The notes below the pieces were generated by a model. It saw only the letters and a list, made by a program, of their open reading frames with translations. It had not been told where the DNA came from and searched no databases. From positions 1-42,005 of the forward strand of contig JBJTAA010000342.1 of NCBI GenBank assembly GCA_046090525.1: a stretch of DNA of 42,005 nt. Direction: 5' to 3'. Shown here piece by piece: positions 1 to 10,075 of this stretch. The stretch is from Planctomycetota bacterium. GTDB lineage: Bacteria; Planctomycetota; Planctomycetia; Pirellulales; UBA1268. Numbering within the stretch: the first letter of the stretch is position 1; each line of letters starts with the position of its first letter. The translations under genes were made by a program, and so were the position numbers.

Positions 1-202
1 TCATCTCGGCCGGTCCGGGCAAGTCGGCCATGAAAAATCTGGCTTTCGCCCGGTTGGCCCGGCATCTTCCGAGGCGGGTCGGACGGTGAGGTGGCCCGGC
101 TGTGCAGGCCCCGTCGCGGCGCGGAAATCAGGTCGGCAGAAACGCCGATCTGGGCTGCGCCCCAAGCGAGCGCCGGGCGGGCTTGCGCGAAACAGCGCGA
201 AA

Positions 203-274
203 CTCCCCGAGTAGGGCTCGAACCTACAACCTACCGGTTAACAGCCGGCCGCTCTACCATTGAGCTATCGGGGA
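203..274 (-). tRNA. tRNA-Asn (anticodon GUU), 72 nt, 3' CCA not encoded
   Basis: The reverse complement folds as a canonical cloverleaf. Acceptor TCCCCGA/TCGGGGA; D arm GCTC-AATGGTA-GAGC; anticodon arm GCCGG-CTGTTAA-CCGGT (GTT); variable loop AGGTT; T arm GTAGG-TTCGAGC-CCTAC; discriminator G. Confidence 0.95.
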
Positions 275-499
275 TCGTCGAAAGGACGAGCCCCCGAGAA
301 TAGCGATTCGAGCGGGCAAAAGCGAGGCTCCCGGCCCGGGCGGGCCGCAACTGTCCAGCCGCCTGGCGACCGGTGCCGCGAGCCATTTCCCGCCGCTGAT
401 TGCCCGCCGTCCGCCTCCCGCTAGCCTGCCTGAGGACGGACTCCGTGGTGCCGGGCAGGCCGCCCTGGTCGACGACCCGCTCGGGGAGAACCTCCGTCC

Positions 500-2431
500 A
501 TGGCTGCGCGGCTGCAGGCCAATCCGTTCAACAACGGCATCATGTCCGACGCGTGGGCCCAGCCCGTCGTCGACGTGCCCGCGATCCACGGTGAGGTCAC
601 CGACTTCTGCCTCCAGCTGCTCGAGGAGGTCGCCCGCCAGCGAAAGAAGCGATCGATCCTGATTCACGGGGTGGCCGGCAGCGGCAAGACCCACACCCTC
701 TCCCGGCTCCGCACGTCGGCGGCCGGCAGGATCGCACCGACCCCGATCTTCTCGTACATCCGGCTCACGACCAGCCCGAACATGATCCGCAGGCACCTGC
801 GGCAGGGCCTGGTGCGGGATTTGGTCAGGAAGGGCGCCGACAACGCGCCGCTGCTCGAATCGCTGTTGCTCGAGGCGCTCGCCACGGAGACGGGAACCCG
901 TCCCGACCGGGCCGAACTGGACCGCTTCTGCGAGACGCCGGGGCAGTGCGGCACGCTTCGCACGGCGTTCGAGGAGATGTGTGTCCGGCTCGGGCTCGAC
1001 TATCACCTGGCCTGCGCCTGCCGCCTGTTCCTGCTGCGGCGGCAGCGGCATGCGGTGGTGCACTGGCTGGAGACGGGCGACCTGCCGGACGACGTGCGGG
1101 AGCAGCTGGGCTGCGACCTCGGCGCCCCCGCCGACGAGACTGCCGACCCCGAGCACGTCGCCTTCGGTGTGACGCTCCAGCTGGCGGCGCTCGCCACCGA
1201 CACGAGGCCGCTCGTGCTCTGCTTCGACCAGCTGGAGGCGATGCAGGTGGCCGCCGACGACGAGGCGGGCTACTTCGCCTTCGGCAAGCTCGCGGCCGAC
1301 CTGTTCGATCACTGTCAGGCGCTGCTCTTGGTCACCTGCGTGCAGACGGCGGCGGTGCCCCTCTTGGCCCAGGCGGTTCCCCCCCACGATTTCCACCGGC
1401 TGGCCCAGCATGAGCAGGTGCTCGCGCCGCTCACGGAGCAGCAGGCCCGCGAGCTGATCCGCGCCCGGCTCGACACCTCGGCGGCGCTCAGGCTCGATCC
1501 GCGGCGGCGTCTCAATCCGCTCTGGCCGATCGACGAAAAGCGGTTTCGCCGCTTCCTCGCCGCCGACCCGACGCCGCGGAGGCTCTGTGCCCTCGGCCGG
1601 GAGGCCTTCACGGCAGCCCATCGGATGCCGCCCGCGATCCACGAGTACCTCTCGGTGCTCTTCGAGCAGCGGCGGGGCGAGCCCCCGGAGGCCACGGGCT
1701 CGGAGCGCAACATCGTGCACGGGCTGGCCGTGTTGCTCGCCGCGCGGGGAGCGGAGGTGACGACGCCCGATGACCGTGAGGACGTCGATCTCGTGCTCGA
1801 CCTACCGGGCCGGCGGATCCTGATCAGCGTCTGCAACGAGGATGGTGGAACCCTCGCCCACAGGCTGAAGCAGATCCTCGACCGGCCGCCGACCGGCACC
1901 GAGGAGCGGGTCGTGGTCCGGGAGTCGCGCCGGCCGATCCCGCTGACGTCGAAGAAGGCCTGGGAGCACTGGCGCCGCCTGGCATCCGATCCCGGCGTCA
2001 CCGCGGCCGGGTTTCGCCGCGTGCGAACCCTCGCCCCGACGACCGAGGTGATCGCGGCGCTCGAGGCCGTGCGGTCGCTCATGTCCGACTCCCGGTCGGG
2101 CGACCTCGAGGCCCACGGGGAGGTCGTGCCGCCGGAGATCGTCGCCACCTGGATCCGGCAGCACCTCGAGGTCGACGGCCTGCAAGCGCTCCTCGCGGAG
2201 ATCGGTCTGGGGACCGTCGGGGCTGCGGCCGCGGCCAGCCACGGCGAGCTGCGAGACGCGGCCCTGGAGATCCTGCAGCGCCGCCACGTGATGTTCATCG
2301 AGGACCTCGCCGCCGCGGCGTGCTGCGACGCCGAGGAGATGCGGCTGATCCTGTCGGCCGACGCCGACGCGTTCGGCACGCTGGGCATCCCGCCGCTCGT
2401 GGCCTTCGACCGCTCGCGTCCCGGCCCGTGA
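500..2431 (+). CDS. P-loop NTPase, Orc1/Cdc6-like AAA+ type, with ~300-aa uncharacterised C-terminal region (643 aa)
   Basis: GGAGAA lies 9 nt upstream of ATG 500. Walker A is GVAGSGKT (nt 668-691) and Walker B-like is LVLCFDQLE (aa 238-246). A lid-like VLAPLTEQQARELIRARL resembles the Cdc6/Orc1 pattern. G/C-rich third codon positions run throughout. The stop is 10 nt before the next ORF. Confidence 0.8.
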   Translation: MAARLQANPFNNGIMSDAWAQPVVDVPAIHGEVTDFCLQLLEEVARQRKKRSILIHGVAGSGKTHTLSRLRTSAAGRIAPTPIFSYIRLTTSPNMIRRHLRQGLVRDLVRKGADNAPLLESLLLEALATETGTRPDRAELDRFCETPGQCGTLRTAFEEMCVRLGLDYHLACACRLFLLRRQRHAVVHWLETGDLPDDVREQLGCDLGAPADETADPEHVAFGVTLQLAALATDTRPLVLCFDQLEAMQVAADDEAGYFAFGKLAADLFDHCQALLLVTCVQTAAVPLLAQAVPPHDFHRLAQHEQVLAPLTEQQARELIRARLDTSAALRLDPRRRLNPLWPIDEKRFRRFLAADPTPRRLCALGREAFTAAHRMPPAIHEYLSVLFEQRRGEPPEATGSERNIVHGLAVLLAARGAEVTTPDDREDVDLVLDLPGRRILISVCNEDGGTLAHRLKQILDRPPTGTEERVVVRESRRPIPLTSKKAWEHWRRLASDPGVTAAGFRRVRTLAPTTEVIAALEAVRSLMSDSRSGDLEAHGEVVPPEIVATWIRQHLEVDGLQALLAEIGLGTVGAAAAASHGELRDAALEILQRRHVMFIEDLAAAACCDAEEMRLILSADADAFGTLGIPPLVAFDRSRPGP

Positions 2432-2441
2432 GGATCCCGTC

Positions 2442-4277
2442 ATGCCAGTCGCCTTGAGTGTCGCCGAGATTCGCAAGCGGCTCCTCGCCGAGCGGGATGC
2501 CGCGGCGGACCGAGATGGAGCCGCGGTCGTCGCGGCCGAACTGGGCGTGTTGTTCCACGAGGTCGTGTCGCTCTGCTTCACGGTCGGCTCGTCGCTCTAC
2601 GTGATCGACGTGCTCGAGGACGCCGAGCCCGCTGCCGTGGCCTGGAAGACGGCCCTCGTCGACGCCGTCTACCGGAGCGTCTTCGGGCCGCGACTGGATC
2701 GCGACCGCCCGACCTTGAATCACTTTCCCCGGGAGGTCGCGACCTGCTGGCGGGCGATCGAAAACCTCTGCGAATGGCTCGCCGGCGTGCTGCTGGTCGT
2801 CCACCGGAAACACGGATCGCTCGACGCCGCCCGCGACCTCGTCGATTGCGAGCGGATGCTCGAGATCGAGCTGCGGGAGCCCGGCTGGGCCGACAGCGTG
2901 CTGCTCCGCGGCCCGGCCGACGCCCTCCTCCGCCTGCCGGAGAGCCACACCTGGTGCGTGGTGGTGCTGGAGTCGGGCAAGCCGGCGTGGGAGGCCGACC
3001 TCGCGCAGGCGGCGCTCTACCGGCTATTGCTCACGAGCACGGAGGGGCAGCCGCGCGATCTGCGGCTCGTGGCCTTCGCCAACACCGTCCACGAGAAGCC
3101 GATCTCGCCGACGGAGATCGAACGGGCCGAGGCCCGGCTCAAGGAGGCCATCGGCCGGATCGCCGGGGTCGATGCCGAGGCCCCGGTGCAGCCCTCGCCC
3201 GACTGGCAGCAGCCCACGGCGGTTCATCGGGCCATGCGGGAGAGCCTGCTGCGGGTTCTCAAGGACTACGGGCTCGAGGCCACCATCGACGAGGAGCCCC
3301 GCCTGGGCCCCACCTTCATCCGGTTTCTCGTCACACCGGAAGCGGGCGCCAAGGTGTCGCGCTTCACCAGGCTCGTGGAGGAGATCGCGCTGGGCATGAA
3401 CCTCAAGAATCCACCGCTGATCGAGCGGCTGGGCGACCGCATCGCGATCGACATCGAGCGTCCCGACCGGCGGGCCGTGCGGTTCGACGAACTCCGCGGC
3501 CTGCTCCCCGCCCGCGATCCGCTGGTGGGAAACTCCCGGATCCTGGTGGGCGTGGACATGGACGGCCGCCCGGTGTTCATCGACCTGGCGAAGCCCGAGC
3601 ATTGCCACGTGCTCGTCGTCGGCACCGCCGGCAGCGGCAAGAGCATCTGGATGCGGGCCGCGATCGCGAGCCTCGTCGAGACCAACACCCCCGCCACGCT
3701 GCGGCTGGTGCTGATCGATCCCAAGCGAAACGCCTTCACGGCCTGGCGGTCCTCACCCTTCCTCCGGGCACCGATCGTCTACCCCGACGAGACCTCCCCC
3801 CTGCAGGTGCTCACCGGGCTGATCGAGGAGATGGAGGCCCGCTACCGGCGGATGGCGGAGCTGGAGGTGGACGACCTTGTCGGGCTCAACCGTCGCGAAC
3901 GGCGCCCGACGCCGCGGATCGTCTGTGCCTGCGACGAGTATGCGGATCTCGTGACCACCAGCGACGACCGGCGGGAGATCGAGGAGGCCATCGCGCGGCT
4001 CGGCGCCAAGGCGCGGGCCGCGGGCATCCACCTCGTCCTTGCCACGCAGACGCCCCGCCGGGAGATCATCGGCGGCACGATCAAGGCCAACCTGCCGACC
4101 TGCGTGGGCCTGCGGGTCTCGAGCGAGACGGAAGCCAAGATCATCGAGACGCCAGGCGCCGAACTGCTGCTCGGTGACGGCGACCTGCTGCTCCGCTCGA
4201 TCGGCGAGCCCCGCCGGCTGCAGGGAGCGCTCCTCACCGCCGGCCGCGAGAGCCCGGAACTCGTCGCCACGGGCTAG
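2442..4277 (+). CDS. Soluble FtsK/SpoIIIE-family DNA translocase with N-terminal RecB/Cas4-like PD-(D/E)xK-type domain (611 aa)
   Basis: GAGGA lies 7 nt upstream of ATG 2442. The N-terminus carries GPAD(160)...VVVLE(177)SGK(180)...Q(189)AALY(193). An FtsK alpha/beta-like segment reads GPTFIRFLVTPEAGAKVS. Walker A is GTAGSGKS (nt 3621-3644), Walker B is IVCACDEYADL, followed by HLVLATQTPRR. No hydrophobic N-terminal TM segments and no C-terminal gamma domain are present. Confidence 0.88.
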   Translation: MPVALSVAEIRKRLLAERDAAADRDGAAVVAAELGVLFHEVVSLCFTVGSSLYVIDVLEDAEPAAVAWKTALVDAVYRSVFGPRLDRDRPTLNHFPREVATCWRAIENLCEWLAGVLLVVHRKHGSLDAARDLVDCERMLEIELREPGWADSVLLRGPADALLRLPESHTWCVVVLESGKPAWEADLAQAALYRLLLTSTEGQPRDLRLVAFANTVHEKPISPTEIERAEARLKEAIGRIAGVDAEAPVQPSPDWQQPTAVHRAMRESLLRVLKDYGLEATIDEEPRLGPTFIRFLVTPEAGAKVSRFTRLVEEIALGMNLKNPPLIERLGDRIAIDIERPDRRAVRFDELRGLLPARDPLVGNSRILVGVDMDGRPVFIDLAKPEHCHVLVVGTAGSGKSIWMRAAIASLVETNTPATLRLVLIDPKRNAFTAWRSSPFLRAPIVYPDETSPLQVLTGLIEEMEARYRRMAELEVDDLVGLNRRERRPTPRIVCACDEYADLVTTSDDRREIEEAIARLGAKARAAGIHLVLATQTPRREIIGGTIKANLPTCVGLRVSSETEAKIIETPGAELLLGDGDLLLRSIGEPRRLQGALLTAGRESPELVATG

Positions 4278-4288
4278 GCCCGGCGATG

Positions 4289-4735
4289 TCAGCCACCGGC
4301 TGCCGGCCTGTCGCCCCGCCGCTTCTCGAGCAGGACGCTGTTACCCTTGGCGTTGTACTCGATCCTGGTCATGAACGAGCGCATCAGCATCACGCCGCGG
4401 CCGCCGGGCGCCTCGAGCCGCTCCTCGAGCGTGCAGTCGGGCACCTTCGCGGGGTCGAAGCCCTCGCCCTGGTCGGTGATCTCGAGCCGGACGAGCTCGG
4501 GCGATACCTCGCACTCCACGTGGACGGTCTTCGTGGGATCGAGCCGGTTGCCATGCACGACGGCGTTGACGAGGGCCTCCTCGGCGGCCAGGTGAATCGC
4601 GAACACGTCGTCCGCCGGCCAGCCGTGGAGGCCGAGCTGCTCGAGCAGGTCGTCGGTGACCAGCCGGCTCGCGCCCCGCTCACTGGGCAGTTCGATCGAC
4701 CGTCGCCAGGTCTTCACCGGGGGATTGTCCGCCAT
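4289..4735 (-). CDS. Anti-sigma factor serine kinase, RsbW/SpoIIAB-like (HATPase_c)
   Basis: 148 aa. N-box-like EEALVNAVVHGN, G1 box DQGEGFD and G2-like GGRGVMLM are typical of GHKL partner-switching kinases. It lies 36 nt downstream of a STAS gene. Confidence 0.85.
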   Translation of the reverse strand: MADNPPVKTWRRSIELPSERGASRLVTDDLLEQLGLHGWPADDVFAIHLAAEEALVNAVVHGNRLDPTKTVHVECEVSPELVRLEITDQGEGFDPAKVPDCTLEERLEAPGGRGVMLMRSFMTRIEYNAKGNSVLLEKRRGDRPAAGG

Positions 4736-4771
4736 GCCGTCCGCTCCGCCTCGTTCCGCCGGGCACCCGTG

Positions 4772-5122
4772 TCAGAAGGCCGCGATCGCCTCGGCCGCGT
4801 CGCCCCGGATGTCGAAGACCTTGTTGAGCTTTGTGACCTGGAAGACCTCCAGGATGCCGGGCGAGATGCCGCACATCTTCAGTCGGCCCTGGGCCGTCTT
4901 CACCTTGCGGTCGAAGGTGATGAGCTTCCCCAGGGCGGCGCTCGAGAGGAACTCGACCCCCTCGAAGTCGAGGAGAATGGCCTTGCGGTTGTCGACATCG
5001 ACGAGCGCCGCGAGCTCGGCTCCGAGCTCCTGGATCGCCGCCTCGTCGAGGATCTTGCGGTCGCGAAACCGGACCACCGAGACGGCGCCCGTCTTGGAAA
5101 CGTCGATCCGCTGCGTCGCCAT
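4772..5122 (-). CDS. STAS-domain anti-sigma-factor antagonist (SpoIIAA/RsbV-like)
   Basis: 116 aa. DFEGVEFLSSAALGKLI matches the conserved phosphorylatable-Ser segment of SpoIIAA/RsbV proteins. It is operonic with the kinase. Confidence 0.88.
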   Translation of the reverse strand: MATQRIDVSKTGAVSVVRFRDRKILDEAAIQELGAELAALVDVDNRKAILLDFEGVEFLSSAALGKLITFDRKVKTAQGRLKMCGISPGILEVFQVTKLNKVFDIRGDAAEAIAAF

Positions 5123-5496
5123 ACGGGTGCTCGCTACGTGTGTCCGGGGCCGACCCGGAGCGAGTGCACCTTACCGGTTTGGGCGGCCGCCTGCCATGCG
5201 GCCAGACAGCCGCCCGGCAGCGCGGGCACGAGCGGCCGGCGGCCGCCGAGGCGGGCCCGAACGAGCCCCGCCGCTGCCAATCTGGCAGCACCGCCGGCCG
5301 CGGGGCGGGGACACCCGGAAGGTTCGGCAAGCTCGCGAAAGACGGGAAAACCACGGATTTTCACTCCCTCAAGGGCGCCGGCTCGGTTCCGGCGCGCCAG
5401 TTGCAGGAAGGGGGGCGACGGTCGCAGTGTCGACCGGCGGCGGCAGGCAGCCCACGGGCGGATTCGGTTCCGACCTCAAAGGGTTCCCCGCCCGAA

Positions 5497-5523
5497 CTTG
5501 TCTTCCCCGAGCACTCCCCGTTT
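5497..5523 (+). promoter_or_regulatory. Candidate sigma32 (RpoH)-type heat-shock promoter upstream of groES
   Basis: CTTGTCT-N12-CCCCGTTT, compared with the consensus CTTGAAA-N13/14-CCCCATNT. It sits about 20 nt upstream of groES ATG 5542. This is a weak hand match only. Confidence 0.25.
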
Positions 5524-5541
5524 CCCAGAGGTTCTTCACGC

Positions 5542-7553
<2,012 letters not shown>

Positions 7554-7607
7554 TGGAGGGCCGCGGCAGCGGACCTGCATCGAGGCCGATTCAGGCCACG
7601 AGTGGAT

Positions 7608-7805
7608 TCAGCGATCGGGGCGGCCTGCGGGTCGCCCCGATCCTTTTTTCGCCGTCTGGCCGAGGGCGTCGAGCGGGACGAAGCCGTCGCTGCCGGGCGG
7701 GGTGTCCGCCTGGCCGCATCCCGGCGCGGCCAGTTGCCGCACGAGCGTCCGCGCGAGCCACAGGCCCGCGGCCAGGGCGACGGCGATGGCGATGGCGTCC
7801 TGCAT
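7608..7805 (-). CDS. Small FeoB-associated membrane protein (65 aa), FeoB-associated Cys-rich-like
   Basis: Its ATG is 2 nt after the feoB stop. An N-terminal TM helix (MQDAIAIAVALAAGLWLA) is followed by R..GCG. The first ~55 codons have very high G/C at third positions. Only one Cys is present, so the family assignment is tentative. Confidence 0.45.
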   Translation of the reverse strand: MQDAIAIAVALAAGLWLARTLVRQLAAPGCGQADTPPGSDGFVPLDALGQTAKKGSGRPAGRPDR

Positions 7806-7807
7806 GG

Positions 7808-9790
7808 TCACCAGCCCAGCCGCGTGCCCAGTTGGTAGGTGGCGAAGGCCCCGAGCCACGCGAGGACCGTCATGTAGGTGAACGTGACGACCGGCCAGAA
7901 CCAGCTCCGCGTCTCCTTGCCGATGATCACCAGGGTGCTCGCGCACTGGGCGCACAGCGCAAAGAACACCATCAGCGACAACGCGACCGGCAGGGTGAAG
8001 ACCTTGCGGTCGGTGCCGTCCCAGGTGGCGGCCTTGAGCCGCCGCACGAGGGCCGTGGCTCCCTCCTCCTCGCCGGGGTCGACGTCGCCGAGGTTGTAGA
8101 TCACGCCCAGCGTGCCGAGCACGACCTCGCGGGCCGGGAAGCTCGCCACCGCGGCGCAGCCGAGCCGCCAGTCCCAGCCGAGCGGCGTGACGACGGGCTC
8201 GATCAGCCTCCCCGCCCGACCCAAAAAGCTCTGCCGCAGCGCTTCGCCCCGCGCTTCCGCCTCGGTCAGGTCGCCGGCCGCGGGCAGCACCGGCTTCGGG
8301 TAGCTGCCCAGGGCCCAGATCACCACGCTCATCGCCAGGATCAGCGTGCCGGCGTTCCTGAGGAACGACCAGGCCGCCTCCCGCACCCGCTCCGCCACCA
8401 CGGTCGGCTGCGGCCACCGCCAGCCGGGCAGCTCCATCACGAAGGGCTGCGGCGGGCCCTTGAAGATCGTGCGCGAAAGCACGAAGGCCACGGCCGCCGC
8501 CACCGCGACGCCGAGGGCGTACATGCCGGCGAGCACGACCGCCGGCAGCCGCAGCCAGGGCAGGCCCACGGCCACGTCGGGCACGAACGCGCCACACAAG
8601 AGCAGGTAGACCGGCAGCCGGGCCGAGCAGCTCATCAGCGGCGCCACCAGGATCGTGAGCAGGCGGTCGCGGCGGTTTTCGATCGTGCGGGCGGCCATGA
8701 TGCCGGGGATCGCGCAGGCGAAGCTCGAGAGCAGCGGGATGAACGACTTGCCCGAGAGCCCCGCCCCCACGAGCAGCCTGTCCATGAGGTAGGCGGCCCG
8801 GGCCAGATAGCCGCAGCCCTCGAGCGCCGCGATGAAGAGGAACAACAGCGCGATCTGCGGCACGAACACCACCACGCCCCCCACCCCCGCGAGCACCCCG
8901 TCGACCACGAGGTCGCGAATCGCCCCCGGGGGGAGCACCTCGGCCACCCAGGCGGAGAGACCGTCCATCCCGGCCGAGATCAGATCCATGAGCGGCGCGG
9001 CCAGCCAGAAGATCGAACTGAAGAGCGCGAGCATCACCGCCGCGAAGAAGAGCGTGCCCCAGAGCCGGTGCGTCAGGAGCCGGTCGATGCGGTCCTCGGG
9101 TAGCCGCGGCGGGGTGGAATCCACGCGGATGAGCCCCTCGAGCAGCCGGTCGACGAGGGCGTAGCGACGGATCGCGTCGCGGGCGGCCGCGGGTCGGCCG
9201 CCGTCGCCCGGCACGGGCTGAAGCGGCAGCGGTGCCGGCGGGCCGGCCGCCGCTGCCGACAGGATCGCCGCCTTGAGTCCATCGAGCCCTTCGCCCCGCG
9301 GCGCCGCGACGGGGACCACCGGGCAGCCCAGGCGGCTGGCGAGCGCGGCGTCATCGATCGCGCGGCCCCGGCGGCGGCCGAGGTCGGAGAGCGTCAGGGC
9401 CACCACGAGCGGGAGGCCGAGCTCGGTGGCCTGCGTCGCGAGAAACAGGTTGCGCTCGAGATTGGTCGCGTCGGCCACCATGACCACCACGTCGGGCCGC
9501 GGCACATCCGGCTGCCGGCCGTGGAGCACGTCCACGGCCACCTGCTCGTCGGGCCCCTGGGGTGAGAGGCTGTAGGTGCCCGGCAGATCGACGAGCTCGA
9601 TGACCGTGCCTGCGTGCGTGAACCGGCCGAGCTTCTCCTCGACCGTCACGCCGGGATAGTTGCCCACCCGCGTCGGGATACCCGCCAGGGCCGTGAACAG
9701 CGTGCTCTTGCCGGTGTTCGGGTTGCCGAGCAGGGCGACCGTGAGCCGCGCCGGTCGCTGGCCGGTCGGGGGCTGTTCCATTCGAGACAC
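7808..9790 (-). CDS. feoB: Ferrous iron transporter FeoB (660 aa)
   Basis: The N-terminal G-domain reads VALLGNPNTGKSTLFTALAG and DLPGTYSL, followed by a polytopic membrane domain. The start is GTG at 9790, with an alternative ATG at 9781. Confidence 0.97.
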   Translation of the reverse strand: MSRMEQPPTGQRPARLTVALLGNPNTGKSTLFTALAGIPTRVGNYPGVTVEEKLGRFTHAGTVIELVDLPGTYSLSPQGPDEQVAVDVLHGRQPDVPRPDVVVMVADATNLERNLFLATQATELGLPLVVALTLSDLGRRRGRAIDDAALASRLGCPVVPVAAPRGEGLDGLKAAILSAAAAGPPAPLPLQPVPGDGGRPAAARDAIRRYALVDRLLEGLIRVDSTPPRLPEDRIDRLLTHRLWGTLFFAAVMLALFSSIFWLAAPLMDLISAGMDGLSAWVAEVLPPGAIRDLVVDGVLAGVGGVVVFVPQIALLFLFIAALEGCGYLARAAYLMDRLLVGAGLSGKSFIPLLSSFACAIPGIMAARTIENRRDRLLTILVAPLMSCSARLPVYLLLCGAFVPDVAVGLPWLRLPAVVLAGMYALGVAVAAAVAFVLSRTIFKGPPQPFVMELPGWRWPQPTVVAERVREAAWSFLRNAGTLILAMSVVIWALGSYPKPVLPAAGDLTEAEARGEALRQSFLGRAGRLIEPVVTPLGWDWRLGCAAVASFPAREVVLGTLGVIYNLGDVDPGEEEGATALVRRLKAATWDGTDRKVFTLPVALSLMVFFALCAQCASTLVIIGKETRSWFWPVVTFTYMTVLAWLGAFATYQLGTRLGW

Positions 9791-9815
9791 GGCCTGGCGG
9801 GAGGGAGGAGGGCCG

Positions 9816-10055
9816 TCACTCGGGCTCGATGGCGACCCGGGCCGCCTCGGCCCGCCGGATCGAGAGCCGGTAGCCGCGGAGCTCGAGTTCGAGCGGGTCG
9901 CCGAACGGAGCGCGGCCGACGACGCGGACGGTCACGCCCGGCGTCAGCCCCATCTCGAGCAGGCGGATCGCCACGCCGTCGTCGCCGGCGACGTCGCCCA
10001 CCCGCACGAAGTCGCCCACGGCGACCTGATCGAGGGTGGTCAGGGTGCTGGCCAT
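9816..10055 (-). CDS. feoA: FeoA family protein (79 aa)
   Basis: An SH3-like FeoA pattern is present (LDQVAVGDFVRVGDV...LLEMGLTPGVTVRVV...G.RLSIRR). It lies directly upstream of feoB. The upstream 60 codons of track ORF 9816..10235 were rejected. Confidence 0.9.
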   Translation of the reverse strand: MASTLTTLDQVAVGDFVRVGDVAGDDGVAIRLLEMGLTPGVTVRVVGRAPFGDPLELELRGYRLSIRRAEAARVAIEPE

Positions 10056-10075
10056 CGGGTGGGACGAGTCGGGGC

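Noticed and set aside
91-303. A 70-aa plus-strand ORF spanning the tRNA-Asn locus.
   Set aside because: It overlaps a perfectly folding tRNA on the opposite strand. Its translation is Arg/Ala-rich and it has no RBS.
254-1720. A 488-aa ORF on the minus strand opposite the P-loop ATPase gene.
   Set aside because: It is an antisense shadow ORF typical of very GC-rich DNA. It has an Arg/Gly/Pro/Glu-rich low-complexity translation with no motifs. It fully overlaps a plus-strand ORF that has Walker motifs and an RBS, and it also runs into the tRNA.
1697-1939. A possible second nuclease-like (PD-(D/E)xK) core in the C-terminal region of the ATPase (EDVDLVLDLPGRRILISVCNED).
   Set aside because: An alternating beta-strand pattern with acidic residues is present, but no lysine sits in the expected (D/E)xK position. 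This is too weak to call without a profile or structure search.
1-4277. The idea that the ATPase/FtsK-like pair is cargo of a genomic island integrated at tRNA-Asn.
   Set aside because: I found no integrase or recombinase gene and no direct repeat of the tRNA 3' half anywhere in the window. There is also no visible compositional break. The tRNA adjacency is kept only as weak context, not as evidence of mobility.
2442-4277. Annotating this ORF as the housekeeping cell-division translocase FtsK.
   Set aside because: It has no N-terminal transmembrane segments, no long Pro/Gln linker and no C-terminal gamma (winged-helix) domain. The sequence ends about 40 aa after the motor, and the N-terminus instead carries nuclease-type motifs.
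5126-5170. A possible CIRCE (HrcA) operator upstream of groES.
   Set aside because: The arms (GGTGCTCGCT / AGCGAGTGCACC) only partly resemble TTAGCACTC/GAGTGCTAA. The spacer is ~23 nt instead of 9. The element lies ~370 nt upstream of groES, directly against the divergent STAS start.
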